NCBI GenBank assembly: GCA_016872175.1
Contig: VHBA01000007.1
Coordinates: 48 to 64,047 of the forward strand
Origin: Sphingomonadales bacterium
GTDB taxonomy: Bacteria > Bacteroidota > Bacteroidia > NS11-12g > UBA955
Direction of reading: 5' to 3'
Length of the DNA: 64,000 nt
Made by a program: the position numbers and the translations under genes. Positions 21,001 through 24,568 of the stretch are shown one piece after another. The number at the start of each line of letters is the position of its first letter. The stretch's first letter is position 1. Under the pieces are notes generated by a model. The model did no database searches. It had not been told where the DNA came from and was given only the letters and a program-made list of their open reading frames with translations.

Positions 21001-21593
21001 ATGCCAATAATCAGTGTAAGGATTCTGCCAGTGTGAATGCAAGAATATTTGATTTACCAGTGTCTAAATTCATGTTAACGCCATACTCATCAATTTATCT
21101 TACTGAACAAGATTATGAATTAATAGATTTCAGTAAAAATGCTAACACATGGACGTATTACCTGAATGATCAGTATCTATCTGCTGGACCAAAAGCGAAA
21201 TTCGGCCAAACTGAAGCCGGTATTTTGAAGATTAAACAAACTGTAAGTTCGCCAGATTTCTCTGCTTTCTCAGGTAAATACTGCTCAGACAGTAGTCAAC
21301 AAGTATTTGTAATTGAATTCAAACCTAAAATTTGGCTTCCTAATGCCTTCACACCAAATAATAACAATAAGAATGATCAATTTTATCCCGTTGGTGTCAA
21401 TATTACAGAATATCGTTTAAGAATATTCGACAGATGGGGAAATAAGATTTTTGATGAGTTAAATGGCAAATGGAGTGGATTAAATAATAATGGCAAGCCC
21501 TATCCTGTTGGTGTCTACGCAGTCTATGTGACTTATAAAGACATCACAGGCCTGGAAAGAGAATTGAAGGATAACGTTACATTATTACGGTAA
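9051..21593 (+). CDS. Giant (4,180 aa) multi-domain cell-surface adhesin-like protein with a T9SS type-B (CHU_C/SprB-like) C-terminal sorting domain
   Basis: A single uninterrupted ORF. The ATG at 9051 gives the signal peptide [22 protein letters not shown] (the track starts at GTG 9030). The domain series is listed as separate features below. The C-terminus '[22 protein letters not shown]......[8 protein letters not shown].IF' is the gliding-motility-associated C-terminal domain signature. Confidence 0.9.
   Translation: [4180 protein letters not shown]
9786..11159 (+). repeat. Seven SBBP-type beta-propeller repeats (protein level)
   Basis: A recurrent 'W[GA]TY[YF]GG..D.' motif: WATYYGG, WGTYFGG, WSNYLGG, FITYYGG, LSKYFGD, WGTYYGG, WGTYFGG. 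Each is followed by 'DAF[LI][AV]KF'. Confidence 0.7.
12450..13229 (+). other. Three PKD-like domains within the giant protein
   Basis: Three units of about 85 aa with 'F.F.D.S......W.FGDG......P...Y...G.Y.V.L.V....GC.D', for example '[32 protein letters not shown]'. Confidence 0.6.
13230..16748 (+). repeat. Tandem array of 12 in-frame units of 291/294 bp (97/98 aa), two-cysteine Ig-like modules
   Basis: I counted twelve consecutive units with the consensus [92 protein letters not shown]... The total is 1,173 codons. Confidence 0.95.
18192..20084 (+). repeat. Eight SprB-type repeats (protein level)
   Basis: Units of about 78 aa such as 'V.C.G..[ST]G.a.v.v.GG..PY.Y.W' (for example '[24 protein letters not shown]' and '[24 protein letters not shown]'), ending in 'D.nGC....i.i.qP'. 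Confidence 0.7.
21321..21590 (+). other. T9SS type-B C-terminal sorting domain (gliding-motility-associated CTD, CHU_C)
   Basis: [74 protein letters not shown]... Confidence 0.85.
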
Positions 21594-21649
21594 TTGATAC
21601 TTCTCTAGCAATTGTTAAAGTTGCAACTGAATAGATTATTTTAATTTTA

Positions 21650-22279
21650 TCAAAAACCAGCCAAATAAAGTATCGCCACTACTCCCGCTACGCTACTTCC
21701 TATGGTAATTCCGTACGAACTCCAAACGGCCCTGACACGGCGCTTTGAAGCTCCGTCAACATATCCCCTTCGGTAGGATTCGTTTTTACTGACAATAAAT
21801 TTGGCGTCCTGAATCTTGGGTGGCTGAACCTTTGAAACAGAGTAGACAATCGGAACAGCAATAGATGCAGGAAATATAAAGCTTCCTATGCCCGCAGCTA
21901 TACCAGCCCTGCGCTCTTCTGAAGGCCTGTAACGGTCTAAACCGTCATCCAAACCTTGTTCGTACTGATTCTCAGCGTATGCAGATGTGCTGTCTGACAT
22001 GAGCACAGCGGCTTGTTTTAAAATGGTATCGGTATTACCGCCAGCATACCGAATCATAACCACATCGCTTTTTCGGTATGAATAAAATTGTTTTTGGGTT
22101 GTATCCCTGAAATTCAGATACTCAATACGCTCCGGATAAATCTTTGTGACCGTGCAAACCACACGGGTATTGTTCCTGAGCACCAGCGTGTCCTGGGCGC
22201 CCGCCGAGCCTGCCCACAATAGCAGCAGCCACAATAATTGCTTTACGTTATTCTTCATTTTACTGTTTAATGCTGACAA
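21650..22279 (-). CDS. Uncharacterised membrane protein, tandem paralogue A (signal peptide, small beta domain, 2 x [YxxGxxDG motif + TM])
   Basis: 209 aa. It is clearly homologous to the next gene: QDTLVLRNNTRVVCTVTKIYPERIEYL against QDTIILKTQARVICRVTQIYSGRIEYL, and YRRGYVDGASKRRVRAVWS against YRQGYLAGASKRRRVAAWS. The start may instead be the Met at 22258. Confidence 0.6.
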   Translation of the reverse strand: MSALNSKMKNNVKQLLWLLLLWAGSAGAQDTLVLRNNTRVVCTVTKIYPERIEYLNFRDTTQKQFYSYRKSDVVMIRYAGGNTDTILKQAAVLMSDSTSAYAENQYEQGLDDGLDRYRPSEERRAGIAAGIGSFIFPASIAVPIVYSVSKVQPPKIQDAKFIVSKNESYRRGYVDGASKRRVRAVWSSYGITIGSSVAGVVAILYLAGF

Positions 22280-22293
22280 AAATCCACCTTCCC

Positions 22294-22893
22294 TTATTGG
22301 CCATTACCCATACTATACAGCAGGCCTATAGCCGTACCGGCACCCACAATGCCGCCAAACGTACTCCAGGCAGCCACCCGACGACGCTTGGAAGCACCGG
22401 CCAAATAGCCTTGGCGGTAGTCCTCATTTTTATTGTTTTGATACCGGTAATCCAGAATCTCGTGGTCCGAAACCTTTTTAAATGAAAGATAAATGCAGCC
22501 CGGTAGTGCAACAAATGGCAGAATAATAACAGAAGCCCCTACCAACCTTTCCTTTTGGGGTTGATAATGCTGATAACCATCGCTGAAACCCTTCCGGTAC
22601 TGTTCCTCCTTGTTTTGATCAGTACCTGAAGTTGCTGCTGAAACGGAATCATCGCTTATTTGAGTTCTTTTTCCGTTTGCGTAAACTATTTCTAGCACTT
22701 CGTTTTTGGGATAGGAATAATATTTTTTACGAGCAGTGTCGTCCATCATAAGATATTCTATCCTACCGGAATATATCTGTGTAACCCGACAAATAACCCT
22801 GGCCTGGGTTTTAAGAATGATGGTGTCCTGGGATTTTACCACATTCATGATACCCATAAAAAGAAACACGATGATTTTAAACGATGTATTCAT
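22294..22893 (-). CDS. Uncharacterised membrane protein, tandem paralogue B
   Basis: 199 aa with the same architecture as paralogue A. It lies 14 nt upstream of A and 3 nt downstream of the preceding gene. Confidence 0.6.
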   Translation of the reverse strand: MNTSFKIIVFLFMGIMNVVKSQDTIILKTQARVICRVTQIYSGRIEYLMMDDTARKKYYSYPKNEVLEIVYANGKRTQISDDSVSAATSGTDQNKEEQYRKGFSDGYQHYQPQKERLVGASVIILPFVALPGCIYLSFKKVSDHEILDYRYQNNKNEDYRQGYLAGASKRRRVAAWSTFGGIVGAGTAIGLLYSMGNGQ

Positions 22894-22896
22894 TAT

Positions 22897-23424
22897 TTAT
22901 CTTTTAAAAATAGCAGGAACATCATTGCCTGAAACAATGTCGGCAGATAACAGTCCCCGAAAAAAATCAATACCTGATGCCAATTTACGCTGAAATTGCC
23001 AAATAAAATAATAACCATATCCCAGCAGTATTATCAATACACCGGAAAAGATATACATGATATTCGTGTCCACAGTATCCATACCCAGCAATCCTCTCAG
23101 CCAGAAAATAAAACCCATTAAAAGTAGCAGACAATATAAAACATACATACGGGTATGTTTTAGCGCGCCTATCCTAATTTTTACATATGTTTCTTCTTCC
23201 ACGCCCAAAATATCCCCTTCATAAAAAGCCGGGATGCGCGGGTTGCCAATATTCTCCAAAACAAACTCGTTTTCATTGGCCAATCCGTAAAAGAACTTTG
23301 TCAAACCGTCGGTTTTTTTGTAGCCGGCATCGCTCAGGTAGGTTTGCTGTATGATTTTATCTGCAATATCTGCCCTATCTGTATGGGCTTTAAGCCAAAT
23401 AGTTTTAAATGGATATAAAAACAT
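22897..23424 (-). CDS. Uncharacterised protein with an N-terminal soluble domain of about 100 aa and two C-terminal TM helices
   Basis: 175 aa. The hydrophobic segments are MYVLYCLLLLMGFIFWL and IMYIFSGVLIILLGYGYYFIW. I recognise no family. It sits 19 nt downstream of the GGGPS-like gene. Confidence 0.5.
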   Translation of the reverse strand: MFLYPFKTIWLKAHTDRADIADKIIQQTYLSDAGYKKTDGLTKFFYGLANENEFVLENIGNPRIPAFYEGDILGVEEETYVKIRIGALKHTRMYVLYCLLLLMGFIFWLRGLLGMDTVDTNIMYIFSGVLIILLGYGYYFIWQFQRKLASGIDFFRGLLSADIVSGNDVPAIFKR

Positions 23425-23443
23425 ACACTTTTAAGTCAATAAT

Positions 23444-24214
23444 TTAAGACATAGACACCTTGGTACTGTTCATTTTATTAAGCACTTCGGCTATTTCCCT
23501 TATCGCATCAGGGTTTTCGAAAGCTGCATTGCCCACAACAACGATATCGGCACCCGCATTCCATGCCATTTCTGCCGCAATAGCATCCCGGATTCCGCCT
23601 CCCACCAAGAGTAGACCGTCAAATATAGTGCGCACGGCAGCAATCATTTCTGCAGAAACCCTGCGAACCGCGCCGCTTCCTGCATCCATATACATGGCTT
23701 TCATGCCCAGCATGGCTCCTGCCAACACGGTAGTAGCCGCAATCTCCGGTTTGTCTGCCGGTATGGGTATGGTCTGGCTTATGTAGTGGGCAGTGGTCAT
23801 TTTTCCGCCTTCAATCAGTAAATAACCTGTAGGTATGGTTTCAAGGCCAGACCTATGAATAAAAGGGGCTGCTGCCACCTGCTTGGCAATCAGGTATTCC
23901 GGATTGCGCCCGGATATCAAAGACATAAAAAGGATCGCATCTGCATTAGAAACCACCTGTATCTCATTGCCCGGAAACAATACAACCTGCCCGGCGCCCT
24001 TGTTCTTTAAATCCTCTACACAACGATAGGTATTACCCTCAGTAAGCAAACTTCCGCCAACCAAAAACAAATCAACCCCATATCTTATGGCATGTTGTGC
24101 CACCGCACCCCGCAAATCTGAATCATCATCAGGATCAAACAGCACCGCCAGCGTTTTAACACCTGACTTATGCTTCGATACCAGCCATGATTGAATGTTT
24201 TGCATGCAATGCAA
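23444..24214 (-). CDS. Geranylgeranylglyceryl / heptaprenylglyceryl phosphate synthase family (GGGPS/PcrB) prenyltransferase
   Basis: 256 aa. The TIM-barrel motifs are 'LFDPDD', 'DLFLVGGS', 'FPGN', 'FMSLISGRNPEYLI', 'GYLLIEGG', 'MYMDAGSGA', 'LLVGGGIRD' and 'GADIVVVGNA'. Confidence 0.8.
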   Translation of the reverse strand: MHCMQNIQSWLVSKHKSGVKTLAVLFDPDDDSDLRGAVAQHAIRYGVDLFLVGGSLLTEGNTYRCVEDLKNKGAGQVVLFPGNEIQVVSNADAILFMSLISGRNPEYLIAKQVAAAPFIHRSGLETIPTGYLLIEGGKMTTAHYISQTIPIPADKPEIAATTVLAGAMLGMKAMYMDAGSGAVRRVSAEMIAAVRTIFDGLLLVGGGIRDAIAAEMAWNAGADIVVVGNAAFENPDAIREIAEVLNKMNSTKVSMS

Positions 24215-24503
24215 AGAAACATAGAAAAAACCATAACCGAATTACAGCCTGCACAAATCTGCATTTTATCATTGTAATACTTGAGTATGTCAAGTTAATT
24301 TCGTAAATTAGCAATTTCCATAAAGAAGATTTTGTCCCAATATTAATTTTTCTTTATCCCATAAGGGTTTACGAAAATCCAAACGCCAAGATGCTTATAT
24401 GGCAAGACATACACGCTTTTTCAACAAGGTAAATCCCATATGCTGTTTGGCTTTCCGCCAAACCTGTGGAAAAGCCAATTCGGAAATACTGATACACATA
24501 AAA

Positions 24504-24511
24504 TACATTTG
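24504..24511 (+). promoter_or_regulatory. TAnnTTTG -7 promoter box upstream of nrdJ
   Basis: TACATTTG lies 58 nt upstream of ATG 24569. Confidence 0.35.
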
Positions 24512-24568
24512 AACTCCCGACCGTTTTTAATAACGCTAGGTAACCACAACCCCTCTGAAAAGAAAAAT

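Noticed and set aside
9051-21593. A diversity-generating retroelement or an invertase-driven phase-variation switch acting on the giant adhesin genes.
   Set aside because: The window holds no reverse transcriptase, no template/variable repeat pair with adenine-specific differences, no site-specific recombinase gene, and no inverted repeats bracketing either promoter.
24440-24568. N-terminal extensions suggested by the ORF track. They affect nrdJ from 24440, the GT4 gene to 43125, lptB from 42850, lplA from 43616, obg to 53792, manC to 34853, the polyprenyl synthase to 8435, the EI24-like gene to 50697, proS from 30512 and the DUF1573 gene from 1011.
   Set aside because: The extensions lack homology-like sequence and overlap neighbouring or divergent genes. 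The internal Met gives canonical N-termini (signal peptides or conserved family starts) and typical 1-4 nt gene junctions.
24215-24568. A cobalamin riboswitch upstream of the B12-dependent RNR.
   Set aside because: I found no B12-box-like core ('GCCACTG' with conserved GGTG/AGGGAA elements) on either strand. By established logic B12 riboswitches usually repress B12-independent isozymes, not nrdJ.
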